Below are positions 46,275 through 58,522 of a stretch of 64,000 nucleotides of DNA, in pieces (position 1 is the first letter of the stretch; each line of letters begins with the position of its first letter). The stretch is from the NCBI GenBank assembly GCA_944390945.1, contig CALXRV010000011.1, forward strand, positions 37,977 to 101,976, in the 5' to 3' direction. The notes under the pieces are model-generated. The model was not told where the DNA came from and did no database searches. It saw only the letters and a program-made list of their open reading frames with translations. The stretch is from an uncultured Clostridia bacterium. GTDB lineage: Bacteria; Bacillota; Dehalobacteriia; UBA4068. The position numbers and the translations under genes were made by a program.

Positions 46275-48551
46275 TCAGATCATCCCCTTCCTGATTTTCG
46301 CCGCCGCCACGGCAGCCTGGCCATAGGCCAACCCGCCGTCATTAGCCGGGACAGCCTGATTGAGCAGCACACGGAATCCCTCTGCCTGCAGGGCAGCAGC
46401 CGTCTGCTCCAGCAGATAAATATTCTGCCAGCAACCGCCGGAAAGCGCAACCTGCGTCAGCCCGCTCTCCGCCCGAATGCAGCGACAGATATCCAGACAA
46501 AGCGCGACGACTGCCTGATGAAAACGTCGTGCGATCACCGCCGCGCCACGACCGGCAGCCATATCCGCCACTACTGCGCAGATCAGCTGCCGCCAATCGA
46601 TCACATGCATGCCATCCTCCTGCGCTATCCGGAATGTATACGGTGCGTATGCCGCATGCGCCGGCATAGACAGTTCCTGTTCCAATTCTACCGCAGCTTG
46701 GCCTTCATAATTGACCGTCCTGCCGATGCCGGCCAATGCTGCCACTGCATCAAACAGGCGGCCCATACTGGTGGAACGCGGCGTATTGATGCCCTGTTGC
46801 GCGGCCTGCAACAAAATTTGCCAGCCCGGGCGCAGCAGGCCGTCCGGCGCGGAAGCCAAAAGATCCATTCCTCCAGCATCCGCCAGCGCCGCAAGCGCAA
46901 TTCGCCAGGGTTCACGAATTGCCCGACTGCCACCCGGCAACAGCAGCGGCCGCAAATGCGCGGCACGGCGAAATCCGGCGCAGTCGCCGATCAACACCTC
47001 GCCGCCCCATAGCATGCCGTCGGGACCATAACCCGTGCCGTCAAAAATCAGGCCGATAGCCTCACCGGTGACTGCATGCTCCGCCAGCACCGAGGCCAGA
47101 TGAGCATGATGGTGCTGCACCTCAATCCGCGCTTCATCCCGGCAAGACCTGGCATACTGCGTAGAAAGGTATTCCGGGTGCATATCACAGGCGACCACCT
47201 GTGGCGAAACGGCAAACATTTCCTGAAAATAACCTATTTCACGCTGATAGCTCTCCAGCGTCGCCTGATTATCCAGGTCACCGATATGCTGACTGAGAAA
47301 AGCTTTATCACGCCGGGTCAGGCAAAAAGTATTCTTCTGTTCCCCACCGCAGGCAAGAATATTCCTGCCACAATCCAGTATCGTCAGCGGCTGTGGTGCA
47401 TATCCGCGCGAGCGGCGTAACAAGCGCGGTGCATGCGCCGCATAAACCGCAACACTGTCATCGCAGCGACGGAAAATAGCGCGGTTATGCGTCAGGAAAC
47501 CATCCGCAATACCCGATAACGCCGTGACTGCACATGTATCTTCATAAACGATTGGTTCATCAGAAACATTGCCGCTCGTCATCACCAGCGGCGGCATTTG
47601 CTCACACAGCAGATAATGCAGTGGCGTATACGGCAGCATCACGCCGATGCGCGGATTACGCGGCGCCACCTCCCCGGCCAAAGCGCTTCCGTCCAACCGC
47701 TTGCGCAGCAAGACGATCGGCCTGCGTTGCGAGGCAAGCAACTCGGCCTCGGCTTCTTCCACCAGACAATATTGCCGCACTGTATCCAGATCTGGCAACA
47801 TAACGGCAAATGGTTTATCCCAACGATATTTACGGTTTCGTAACAGCGTAACAGCCGACTCTGCCGTCGCATCACAGACCAGATGATAGCCGCCGATCCC
47901 TTTTACCGCAATGATCTCGCCTGCGCGGATCGCCTGCTTCGCCGCTTCCAGTGCATCGCCAGGCTGTTCCCTGCCGGCCGCATCCAGAAAACGCAACTGC
48001 GGCCCGCAGACCGGGCAGGCATTCGGCTGTGCGTGAAAACGGCGGTCCAACGGATCCTGATATTCCCGTGCACAGTCTGCACAAAGCGGAAAAACACGCA
48101 TCGTAGTGCGCGGCCTGTCATAAGGCAGGCTTTCGATGATCGTAAAACGCGGACCGCAATTCGTACAGTTGGTAAATGCATAGCGAAAACGCCGGTTTTG
48201 CGGATCGCGCAGTTCAGCTAAGCAATCCTCGCAGATGCCCATATCCGGCGAAACCAACGTATCGCGCGCACCGCCTCCGCTTTCCCGAATGGCAAACGAA
48301 TACGCCTCCTGCGGTGCAATGCGACGAGCCTGCACCTCCTCTACCACAGCCAATGCAGGTGCATCTTCCCGCAGGCGGATCAAAAAGTCCTCGCAGTCCT
48401 CTGCCTCTCCCTCGATTTCCAGCGATACGCCAGCGGCATGGTTCAGCACCCAACCACCCAGCTGATTATGCACAGCCAGGCCATAGACAAAAGGACGGAA
48501 GCCCACGCCCTGAACGATCCCTTTCACTTCCACCGCATAACGCACTCTCAT
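46275..48551 (-). CDS. hypF: Carbamoyltransferase HypF
   Basis: Acylphosphatase domain (VKGIVQGVGFRPFVY), two CxxC...CxxC zinc fingers, and YrdC- and Kae1-like domains. Start placed at the ATG whose A overlaps the hypB stop (ATGA). The ORF track begins 25 codons upstream. Confidence 0.85.
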   Translation of the reverse strand: MRVRYAVEVKGIVQGVGFRPFVYGLAVHNQLGGWVLNHAAGVSLEIEGEAEDCEDFLIRLREDAPALAVVEEVQARRIAPQEAYSFAIRESGGGARDTLVSPDMGICEDCLAELRDPQNRRFRYAFTNCTNCGPRFTIIESLPYDRPRTTMRVFPLCADCAREYQDPLDRRFHAQPNACPVCGPQLRFLDAAGREQPGDALEAAKQAIRAGEIIAVKGIGGYHLVCDATAESAVTLLRNRKYRWDKPFAVMLPDLDTVRQYCLVEEAEAELLASQRRPIVLLRKRLDGSALAGEVAPRNPRIGVMLPYTPLHYLLCEQMPPLVMTSGNVSDEPIVYEDTCAVTALSGIADGFLTHNRAIFRRCDDSVAVYAAHAPRLLRRSRGYAPQPLTILDCGRNILACGGEQKNTFCLTRRDKAFLSQHIGDLDNQATLESYQREIGYFQEMFAVSPQVVACDMHPEYLSTQYARSCRDEARIEVQHHHAHLASVLAEHAVTGEAIGLIFDGTGYGPDGMLWGGEVLIGDCAGFRRAAHLRPLLLPGGSRAIREPWRIALAALADAGGMDLLASAPDGLLRPGWQILLQAAQQGINTPRSTSMGRLFDAVAALAGIGRTVNYEGQAAVELEQELSMPAHAAYAPYTFRIAQEDGMHVIDWRQLICAVVADMAAGRGAAVIARRFHQAVVALCLDICRCIRAESGLTQVALSGGCWQNIYLLEQTAAALQAEGFRVLLNQAVPANDGGLAYGQAAVAAAKIRKGMI

Positions 48552-49202
48552 GCCAGTTTTTCCCGCATCCGGGCGACCAGCTCGGTCGCCAACTCTTTCA
48601 GGCCGCTTTCCATACCGCGCCGGCAACTTGTTTCAATTATGCGCATATCCGGCTTTAAGGCCAGGATATCCGCATGCACCGCCGCCAGATCGATCTCCAC
48701 ATACGGCGCCAGGTCCATCTTATTCAACACCACGATTCCGGCGGAAAGAAATGTTGCCGGATACTTGCTTGGCTTGTCGCCGCCTTCCGGTACGGAAAGC
48801 ACGACAATGCGAACATCCTCACCGAGATCAAAACTTGCCGGACAGACCAGGTTGCCGACATTCTCGATCAGTAGCAGATCGAGGCTGGCCAGATCAAATG
48901 CCGGCAGCACGCGTGCAATCATCTTGGCATCCAAATGGCAGCCGCCATCCGTATTGATCTGCACCACCGGTACGCCGCTTTCCGCTATCCGCGCCGCATC
49001 TTTTGCCGTCGCCAAATCCCCCTCGATCACGGCTGGTGTGATCCCTTCTGCCTGCAGCAACGGCAGCAGCCGCTCCAGCAGCGTCGTCTTGCCAGCGCCG
49101 GGCGAACCAAGTATGTTGACCACGCAAAGACGCTGCGCGGAGAAATCCGCACGGTTCTGCGCAGCATAAGTTCGGTTAACCTGCATTACATCCTGCTCAA
49201 CT

Positions 49203-49213
<11 letters not shown>
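48548..49213 (-). CDS. hypB: Hydrogenase nickel-incorporation GTPase HypB
   Basis: G1 ILGSPGAGKTTLLERL, ENVGNLVCPASFDLGE and the NKMDL G4 motif. Start at the ATG with GGAGGA 5 nt upstream. There is no N-terminal CxxCGC or His-rich stretch. Confidence 0.85.
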
Positions 49214-51648
<2,435 letters not shown>

Positions 51649-53892
51649 TCAGATTTTTTTCATCGGCGCATATTTCCATAACAGCTTCTTGACGCCATAC
51701 GCCGGAAACGCTACCGTAACCTGCATATCATCCCCGCTGCCGCTAACTGCAACCGCTACGCCATCGCCGAATTTGCCATGCCGCAATTTATCGCCAACCC
51801 GAATCAATGCGGGTTCCTTTTTTTCCGTCGTAAACGCTGCAACCGGCGCCCGCGGTACGAAAAGATTACCGGTTAAACGGCTGCCATGCGCAGCAGGCGC
51901 CGTCTCCACGCGGCGTGGAGTGCTGCCGCTGCGAATAATATTTTCTGCAGGCAATTCTTCCAGAAAACGCGACGGCTTATTCGTCTCATATTTCCCCCAA
52001 TACTGACGATGATCGCAGGCGGTCAGAAACAGCCGCTCCCGCGCACGCGTCATCCCCACATAACAAAGTCGGCGTTCCTCCTCCAGCTCACTCTCATCCG
52101 GGCTGAATACGACACGCTTATGCGGGAAAACGCCCTCTTCCATACCGACCATAAATACGACGGGAAATTCCAGCCCCTTTGCGGCATGCAGCGTCATCAG
52201 GCTAAGGCAGCTTTGTTCCGAGCCAGCCGTATCCAGATCTGTCGCCAGCGAGACCTGGCTTAAAAAAGCAAGCAACGGCCTTTCCTCATACGCCTCCTCG
52301 CCCGCCTCTGCCGCCAAAGCAGGGTCCAGATACATCAGGTCAAAATCACCTGCTGTGTCGACCAGCTGCTCCAAAATCTCGAGACGGCTTTCCGCATCCT
52401 CGGCGGCAGCGATCGCAGCCGCATAGCCGGTCCGCTCCCATACCTCACGGATGATATCCGCCACAGCAATCGCTTCCGCAGCAAAAGCACGCAGGCCTTC
52501 CAGCAGATGATACAATGCCCGCAGTTTGCCTTTCGCCGCAGCAGTCAGCTCCAGCTGATCCACGGCAGCAAGTGTCGACCACAGCGACCCCTGCCGCCCC
52601 GCCGCTGCTTCCTCCAGTTTTTCCCAAGTAGTTTTTCCAATGCCGCGCCGCGGTTCATTATAGATCCGGCGCAGCGCTTCGCTGTCATGAGGATTGGCCA
52701 GCACGCGCAGATAAGCCAGCGTATCCTTAACTTCCTTCCGCTCGTAAAACTTCATACCGCCATAAACGCGGTAAGGAATCTTGAAGCGGATGCATTCATC
52801 CTCCAGCAGACGGCTCTGCCCATGTGTGCGGTAGAGCACAGCACAATCCGCCAAGCTGTAGCCTTCGTCGACCAGGCGCATGACATTGCGCACAGCAAAA
52901 GCCGCCTCCTCACGGTCGCTTCCGGCCTGATAGCAAATGATCTTTTCGCCAGCGCCAGCATCGGTGAACAAATCCTTCGGTTTCCGCGCCCGGTTATGGC
53001 TGATCAGGGCATTCGCTGCATCAAGGATATTCTGCGTGGAACGATAATTCTGCGTCAGGCGCAGCTCCACACAATCTGGATAATCCCGGTTAAAATCCAG
53101 GATATTGGAAATATCCGCCCCGCGCCAACGATAGATGGACTGGTCCGGGTCGCCGACAGCAAAGATATGCCCATCTTCCCCGGCCAGCAGACGAATCAAT
53201 CTATACTGGCAATGATTCGTATCCTGATACTCGTCGACCAGAATATGACGGAAGCGCGCACGGTAACGCGCCAGCACTTCCGGGCAGCGTTGCAAATACC
53301 AAACCGTATGCGTCAGCAAATCATCAAAATCCAAGGCATGGTTTTCCTTCAACCGGGTTTGGTAGCGGCGGTAAATCCGCGCAATGTTCTCATGCCAGTC
53401 ATCTGCCGGTGCATGCGCCGGATAATCCACAGATGAGATCAGTTTATTCTTTGCCGCGCTGATCGCCGCTGCCACCGCGCTCGGCTGATAACTCTTCTCA
53501 TCCTGCAGATGCAGCTCAGCCAGTACATGCTTCAGCACGCTGCGCGAATCCGCATCATCATAGATCACAAAATCCCGCCCCAGGCCAAACGCATCGCCTT
53601 CCATGCGCAGCAAGCGACTGCATAGGGCATGGAAAGTGCCAATCCACATCCAGCGGCTGCGCAGGCCGGTCATCTCCTCCAGCCTTTCCTTCATCTCATT
53701 TGCTGCTTTATTGGTAAATGTAACGGCCATCAGACCATATGGATCAGCCTCGCCCTGCGCAATCAGCCAAGCAGCACGGCTCACCAGCACGCGCGTTTTA
53801 CCACTGCCTGCACCGGCAATCACCAGCAGGTGTTGCGCCTGGGAAACAACAGCAGCCCGCTGTTGATCATTCAATCCTTCCAAAATATCCAT
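51649..53892 (-). CDS. pcrA: ATP-dependent DNA helicase PcrA (UvrD family)
   Basis: MDILEGLNDQQRAAV...LLVIAGAGSGKTRVLVSRAAWLI (motif I), DEYQDTN (II) and further SF1 motifs. 747 aa. Canonical pcrA-ligA gene pair. Confidence 0.95.
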   Translation of the reverse strand: MDILEGLNDQQRAAVVSQAQHLLVIAGAGSGKTRVLVSRAAWLIAQGEADPYGLMAVTFTNKAANEMKERLEEMTGLRSRWMWIGTFHALCSRLLRMEGDAFGLGRDFVIYDDADSRSVLKHVLAELHLQDEKSYQPSAVAAAISAAKNKLISSVDYPAHAPADDWHENIARIYRRYQTRLKENHALDFDDLLTHTVWYLQRCPEVLARYRARFRHILVDEYQDTNHCQYRLIRLLAGEDGHIFAVGDPDQSIYRWRGADISNILDFNRDYPDCVELRLTQNYRSTQNILDAANALISHNRARKPKDLFTDAGAGEKIICYQAGSDREEAAFAVRNVMRLVDEGYSLADCAVLYRTHGQSRLLEDECIRFKIPYRVYGGMKFYERKEVKDTLAYLRVLANPHDSEALRRIYNEPRRGIGKTTWEKLEEAAAGRQGSLWSTLAAVDQLELTAAAKGKLRALYHLLEGLRAFAAEAIAVADIIREVWERTGYAAAIAAAEDAESRLEILEQLVDTAGDFDLMYLDPALAAEAGEEAYEERPLLAFLSQVSLATDLDTAGSEQSCLSLMTLHAAKGLEFPVVFMVGMEEGVFPHKRVVFSPDESELEEERRLCYVGMTRARERLFLTACDHRQYWGKYETNKPSRFLEELPAENIIRSGSTPRRVETAPAAHGSRLTGNLFVPRAPVAAFTTEKKEPALIRVGDKLRHGKFGDGVAVAVSGSGDDMQVTVAFPAYGVKKLLWKYAPMKKI

Positions 53893-54043
53893 TGATTTCC
53901 TCAGCCTTTTATCACGATATTGGCTATTCTGCCATAACCAAACAATCTAATATATTTCGATGGACGATCTGTTTTTCCCTCCATATTTTGTGGAGTACGA
54001 CCGCCTTTGTGCATACAATGAAAAAAAGCAGGGGGAGATGGCC

Positions 54044-54787
54044 ATGCCCAATATTTTCCTCAGTCCGTCCACACAAGAATACAACCTTTATCCCAACGGC
54101 AACAGCGAAGAATATTACATGAATCTGCTTGCGGATGCAATGGAACCTTATCTCACCGCTTCTGGTATCAGCTTCACGCGTAATGATCGGGAACTGACGG
54201 TAGGCGGTTCTGTGCGTCTGTCAAACGCCGGTGAATATGATATGCATCTGGCGCTGCATTCCAACGCCGCACCGGAGTCGCTTTCCGGGCGTATTCAGGG
54301 AACGGATGTCTATTACTATCAGGGCAGCGCGGAAGGCGAAGCGCTCGCACAACTGATCGCAGCCAATATTGCCACAATCTATCCTTATCCGGAACTGGTC
54401 GGCACTACACCCAACCGCACACTCTATGAGCTGCTGAATACAGATGCGCCGACCGTGCTGGTTGAAATCGCCTACCATGACAACGAAGAGGATGCGCAAT
54501 GGATCATCGATCATCTCGACGATATTGCACGTATGCTTGTGCTTTCCCTGACGCAGTATTTCGGCATACCCTTCGTCTTGCCAGCCACACTGCAGCGCGG
54601 ACGCGTAAACAGCGGCGGCTTCTCCGTCAATCTGCGCAACGCGCCGAATTATTCTTCCGCAGCGGTCATCGCCACCGTGCCAGACGGGGCAGAATTGATC
54701 ATCACCGGTGAATCCGGCGCCTGGTATATCGTTGATTATCATGGCGTCGCCGGCTACCTGGAAAAACGATTTGTCACCCTGATCTAA
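54044..54787 (+). CDS. Putative cell-wall hydrolase (amidase/peptidase-like catalytic domain) with a C-terminal bacterial SH3 (SH3b) domain
   Basis: C-terminal GGFSVNLRNAPNYSSAAVIATVPDGAELIITGESGAWYIVDYHGVAGYLEKRFV is an SH3_3 signature. The N-terminal domain carries an LALHSNAA-type metal/active-site motif. Start at the second ATG (SD spacing 6). Confidence 0.5.
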   Translation: MPNIFLSPSTQEYNLYPNGNSEEYYMNLLADAMEPYLTASGISFTRNDRELTVGGSVRLSNAGEYDMHLALHSNAAPESLSGRIQGTDVYYYQGSAEGEALAQLIAANIATIYPYPELVGTTPNRTLYELLNTDAPTVLVEIAYHDNEEDAQWIIDHLDDIARMLVLSLTQYFGIPFVLPATLQRGRVNSGGFSVNLRNAPNYSSAAVIATVPDGAELIITGESGAWYIVDYHGVAGYLEKRFVTLI

Positions 54788-54913
54788 CCATTCTCGGCTC
54801 ATCACGGCCAGCATGTACAGAAAACGCCGCCCGATCTCCGGAAGAATCCCGCATCGGGCGGCGCAGCGCATTGGCTGCCGACATTTCTTTTCTCTTTTTT
54901 GCAGCAGATGTGG

Positions 54914-56173
54914 TCAATCGTTCTTCGGCCCACCAAATGTTTTCACATTCGCCGGCCAGTCATGGAGCGGCTGTTGCGGCCTGGGCTGCGCCGGGACTGC
55001 TCCAACTACGGAACGGGTCGCCACCTGCGGCGGAGCAGCTTGCTCCCTGCGGGGATAAATCGCCGCGCAGATAAACGAAGTCAGCGGGATGGAAAGCAGA
55101 ATGCCAAAGCTGCCTGCCAGCGCCTGCAGGATTTCAACCACGATCAGTTCCATATTGAATAACTCTACCGCTGCGACATTATAGGTGACAAAAAGCAAGG
55201 TTGTGGAAAGTGAGCTACCGATATAAGCCAGTACCAATGTATTTGCCATCGTTCCCATCACGTCGCGGCCAATATTAAATCCGGAGCGGATCAGCAATTT
55301 TGCAGAAGCATCCGGAATATTGCAGCGGATTTCATTCAGCGAAGAGGCGATATCCATCGCCACATCCATGATCGCGCCTACTGCGCCGATAACAATAGCG
55401 GCAAAAATGATCGCACGTAGATCGATCGGTACATCGTCGCTGATGATCTGCAAATAAAGCGTATCTTCACTGATACGACCAGTCAACTTCATCACATGGT
55501 CCATTACCATGGTGATCACGCCGGCGGCCAACACGCCGGAGAAGCAGCCCATACCTGCGGCAAAACTCTTCTTATCCGCCCCGTTGATAAACAGCATGGT
55601 CATCACAATGATATAGAGACAGGTTACCGTCGCCCACAGATAAATGTTTTGGCCGGAAAGTACGGATGGCAAAAAAACGCAAAATACGGCCAGGCAGGTA
55701 AATGCCAGCGAAACAAGCGTATTGACGCCCTTGAAACGACCAAACAGCAGGATAACAAGGCAAAATGCCGCCAGCAGCCAAAGCAGATAATCAAACCGCA
55801 CATATTCCAGCATGCCCCATTCCGTATCCACACCATAAGCCCCGCGGTAGATCAACACCTTGTCCCCAACGCTGACCGCATCCTGCCAGGGATAGTAATT
55901 CTCCTGCAATGTCTGCGAAACGAGGACGCTTTCCCCTTTTTGCGGTCCGTTGAGCAGGGTCGCGGAAAAAACAAGCACCTCGCCATGCTCAACTTCGGTC
56001 ACGGAAACAATCTCCGTCACCCGCGCCTTGCTCGCTGCTTCATCCTGCTCACCCAGATCCGGATAGCCCTGCATGGCAATATAACGTCCCACCACGATAT
56101 ATACCACGGAAAAGATCACCGTGAAAACATATATCATGATCTGTTTCTTTTTCGGATTGCTGCGTTTTACCAT
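54914..56173 (-). CDS. YibE/F-family membrane protein
   Basis: 419-aa polytopic protein with an N-terminal extracytoplasmic segment and about 9 TM helices. SD GGAGGGA. Confidence 0.6.
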   Translation of the reverse strand: MVKRSNPKKKQIMIYVFTVIFSVVYIVVGRYIAMQGYPDLGEQDEAASKARVTEIVSVTEVEHGEVLVFSATLLNGPQKGESVLVSQTLQENYYPWQDAVSVGDKVLIYRGAYGVDTEWGMLEYVRFDYLLWLLAAFCLVILLFGRFKGVNTLVSLAFTCLAVFCVFLPSVLSGQNIYLWATVTCLYIIVMTMLFINGADKKSFAAGMGCFSGVLAAGVITMVMDHVMKLTGRISEDTLYLQIISDDVPIDLRAIIFAAIVIGAVGAIMDVAMDIASSLNEIRCNIPDASAKLLIRSGFNIGRDVMGTMANTLVLAYIGSSLSTTLLFVTYNVAAVELFNMELIVVEILQALAGSFGILLSIPLTSFICAAIYPRREQAAPPQVATRSVVGAVPAQPRPQQPLHDWPANVKTFGGPKND

Positions 56174-56664
56174 AACATCCCTCCGTTTCCTTCTTTCCTT
56201 CCCTGCGCAGGGACAAGCCGCCAGATGTACTCCAGTTTCTCCTGCATACCCCCGCCGGCTTCCGCTGGCAGCGAACGCATCAGCCGCTGCCGGAAGCGGG
56301 CGCCGAGGAATTCGATCGTCCGGCGCGATGCCGCATTATCAGGATCACAGGTGATGGTCAGATAGTCCATTCCCCGTGCCAACGCGATATCCGCCAACAG
56401 GAAGCAGGCCAGCGCCGCATAATGATGTCCGCGATGAGCAGGCTTGATACAATAGCCGATATTGCCGATGAACGCCTGCTCCGGCTCATGTTGCGGGTGT
56501 AATTCGCAGCGACCGACCGTCTGGTCGTTCTCCGTCAGACGGATATGGTAATAGCGCGCCTCTGTTCTCTCCCCAGCCCCGCTGACCGCACGACAGACAA
56601 GATAGACAGGGAATCCTGCACGTCGGATCTCATCCTGCTGCATACGCCGTCTGTTTCGCCACAT
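56167..56664 (-). CDS. GNAT-family N-acetyltransferase
   Basis: Motif A-like FIGNIGYCIKPAHRGHHYAALA in a 165-aa protein. Start at ATG (MWRNRRRMQQ) with AGGGGTGG SD. Confidence 0.65.
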   Translation of the reverse strand: MWRNRRRMQQDEIRRAGFPVYLVCRAVSGAGERTEARYYHIRLTENDQTVGRCELHPQHEPEQAFIGNIGYCIKPAHRGHHYAALACFLLADIALARGMDYLTITCDPDNAASRRTIEFLGARFRQRLMRSLPAEAGGGMQEKLEYIWRLVPAQGRKEGNGGMLW

Positions 56665-56745
56665 GCTTCCACCCCTGTTTCGTTCTGGCGAATAAAAGGC
56701 CTGCCGGCGTGGTGCCACATTCGCAGGCCTTTGCCTTCCTGCCGT

Positions 56746-57786
56746 TTATGCCTCCAGAGCGCGAATCGCGCGGCAAAGCGCTGTCACCGCCTCCTGCGTC
56801 GTCGCCCAGCTGGTCACAAAACGCACCGCTTTGTGCGTCGCATCCACGGTTTGCCAATCGGAAAAACGGAAATCCACTGCCAACCGGTCAAGCTGTGGCT
56901 GCGTAAAAATCGGAAACAACTGGTTCGTTACCGTCGGCGCCAACATGGAAATGCCCTTCTCGCGGCAAGCCGCGTCGATCTGCGCTGCCAGAAGGTCGCC
57001 ATGACGGCCTAGCTCTGTATAGAGACCGCCGCGGAGCAGAGCGACAAACTGCAGGCCGAGCAACCTCCCTTTGGCCAACATGCCGCCGCGCTGCTTGATC
57101 AGATAACGGAAATCCTGCTGCAGGAGCGGATTGCCAATAACCACGGCTTCCCCAAACAGTGCGCCGCATTTGGTCCCGCCAAGATAAAAAACATCGGTTA
57201 GTGCAGCCAGATCCGCCAGGCTGACGTCATTGGTCTTTGCTGCCAGCGCATAGGCCAAACGAGCGCCGTCCACAAACAGCAGCAGCCCCAACTCGCGGCA
57301 GGCTGCCGAGATTTCACTCAGCTCTGCATGGCTATAAAGCGTGCCCAGCTCAGTTGGCTGCGAAAGGTAAACCATAGCCGGCTGCACAATATGTTCGAAA
57401 GAAGCGTCCCGCCGGTGCGCTGCGACAGCTTCCCGGATCTGCGCCGCATGAATCTTGCCTTCCTGGGCCGGCAGGGTCAGCACCTTATGCCCGGTTGCCT
57501 CAACCGCACCGGTTTCATGCGTAGCGATGTGCCCGCTTTCCGCCGCCAGCACGCCCTGATGCGGTCGCAGCGCCGCAGCAATCACCGTCATGTTCGTCTG
57601 CGTGCCGCCGACGAGAAAATGTACGGCTGCATCCGGCGCAGCGCAGGCGGCACGGATCATTTCCCGCGCCTGCTCGCAGTACTCATCTTCCCCATAACCC
57701 ACCGTCTGCTCCAGGTTCGTCTGCTGCATCAGCTCCAGCACACGTGCATGCGCACCTTCCAGATAGTCACAGTTAAAGCCGATCAA
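56746..57786 (-). CDS. PLP-dependent threonine-aldolase-family (beta-eliminating lyase fold) enzyme
   Basis: Colinear with low-specificity L-threonine aldolases (FNCDYLEG..., GGTQTNM, VDGARL, and GTKCGALFGEAV containing the PLP-binding Lys). The start is tentatively TTG at 57786 with AGGTGG SD. The ORF track extends to 57870, and that extension has no homology. Confidence 0.6.
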   Translation of the reverse strand: MIGFNCDYLEGAHARVLELMQQTNLEQTVGYGEDEYCEQAREMIRAACAAPDAAVHFLVGGTQTNMTVIAAALRPHQGVLAAESGHIATHETGAVEATGHKVLTLPAQEGKIHAAQIREAVAAHRRDASFEHIVQPAMVYLSQPTELGTLYSHAELSEISAACRELGLLLFVDGARLAYALAAKTNDVSLADLAALTDVFYLGGTKCGALFGEAVVIGNPLLQQDFRYLIKQRGGMLAKGRLLGLQFVALLRGGLYTELGRHGDLLAAQIDAACREKGISMLAPTVTNQLFPIFTQPQLDRLAVDFRFSDWQTVDATHKAVRFVTSWATTQEAVTALCRAIRALEA

Positions 57787-57946
57787 TCCTTCCACCTGCT
57801 TTCTTTGTCTTGAATCGCTCTTGGCAGTAGGTTTCCCTCTGTCGCCAATCAGAGATGGTATGATCATCAACCACTTATTTTATCACTGCCAGCGCTGTTT
57901 TGCTATAGCCACGGCCGAAAACGCGCTTGCCTACAACTGATTTCTG

Positions 57947-58522
57947 TCATTTTGTATGGAAACGGCGCTGTAGTTCCCGTAAAAAATCGCGGCGCAAAAC
58001 AGCTGCACAGGCAATCAACGAAGCCAAACCGACCACACCCAGGGCCAGCCAGGGCCAGGTACGTGCAAGGCTTCCCACGGAAAGCGCGATACCGGCGCCA
58101 GCGATTGCCAACACGATCAGCAAAAGCAGCGGACGCATATTCTGTTTCTGCCGTTCCAAATCCGTAAAGAGCAGAACTTCTGCAGCCAGCAGGCCGCTGC
58201 AGCAAACGATCGGTACCACGGTTCCAGCCCATCCCGGAACCAGCAAAAGATCGATCAGCCACAGCAACAGGCAGCAGCAGGCAACCGTACGCACCAACTG
58301 GCTGATGCGGTTATATTCAACCATATCCGGCGACAGCGCCAGTGTCCAGAACGTATATAAAGCCGCCAGCACGACCACACTCCATGCCTTGCCGCCGGTG
58401 CAGAGATTGACGAACAGGCAGACTGGTGCTGCAGCCAGACAGACCCATTTCACGATACGCTGCCAGCCGATACGCCGCAGATACCGCTTATCGACAGGCG
58501 GATAGATGATCTCAATCTCCAT
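57947..58522 (-). CDS. Small integral membrane protein (4-5 TM), function unknown
   Basis: 191-aa hydrophobic ORF with GGAAGGGAG SD. Its start overlaps the stop of the upstream acyltransferase gene by 11 nt. Confidence 0.55.
   Translation of the reverse strand: MEIEIIYPPVDKRYLRRIGWQRIVKWVCLAAAPVCLFVNLCTGGKAWSVVVLAALYTFWTLALSPDMVEYNRISQLVRTVACCCLLLWLIDLLLVPGWAGTVVPIVCCSGLLAAEVLLFTDLERQKQNMRPLLLLIVLAIAGAGIALSVGSLARTWPWLALGVVGLASLIACAAVLRRDFLRELQRRFHTK

Noticed and set aside
52507-53436. 309-aa plus-strand ORF
   Set aside because: Antisense to pcrA.
54811-54849. 11-bp GC hairpin after the cell-wall hydrolase gene
   Set aside because: No T-run on either strand. Could be a factor-dependent or weak terminator; not called.
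56746-57870. Longer 374-aa form of the threonine-aldolase-like gene starting at ATG 57870
   Set aside because: The first 28 codons have no homology, the RBS is weak, and the aldolase homology begins right after an internal TTG with a good SD. The shorter form is preferred but not certain.
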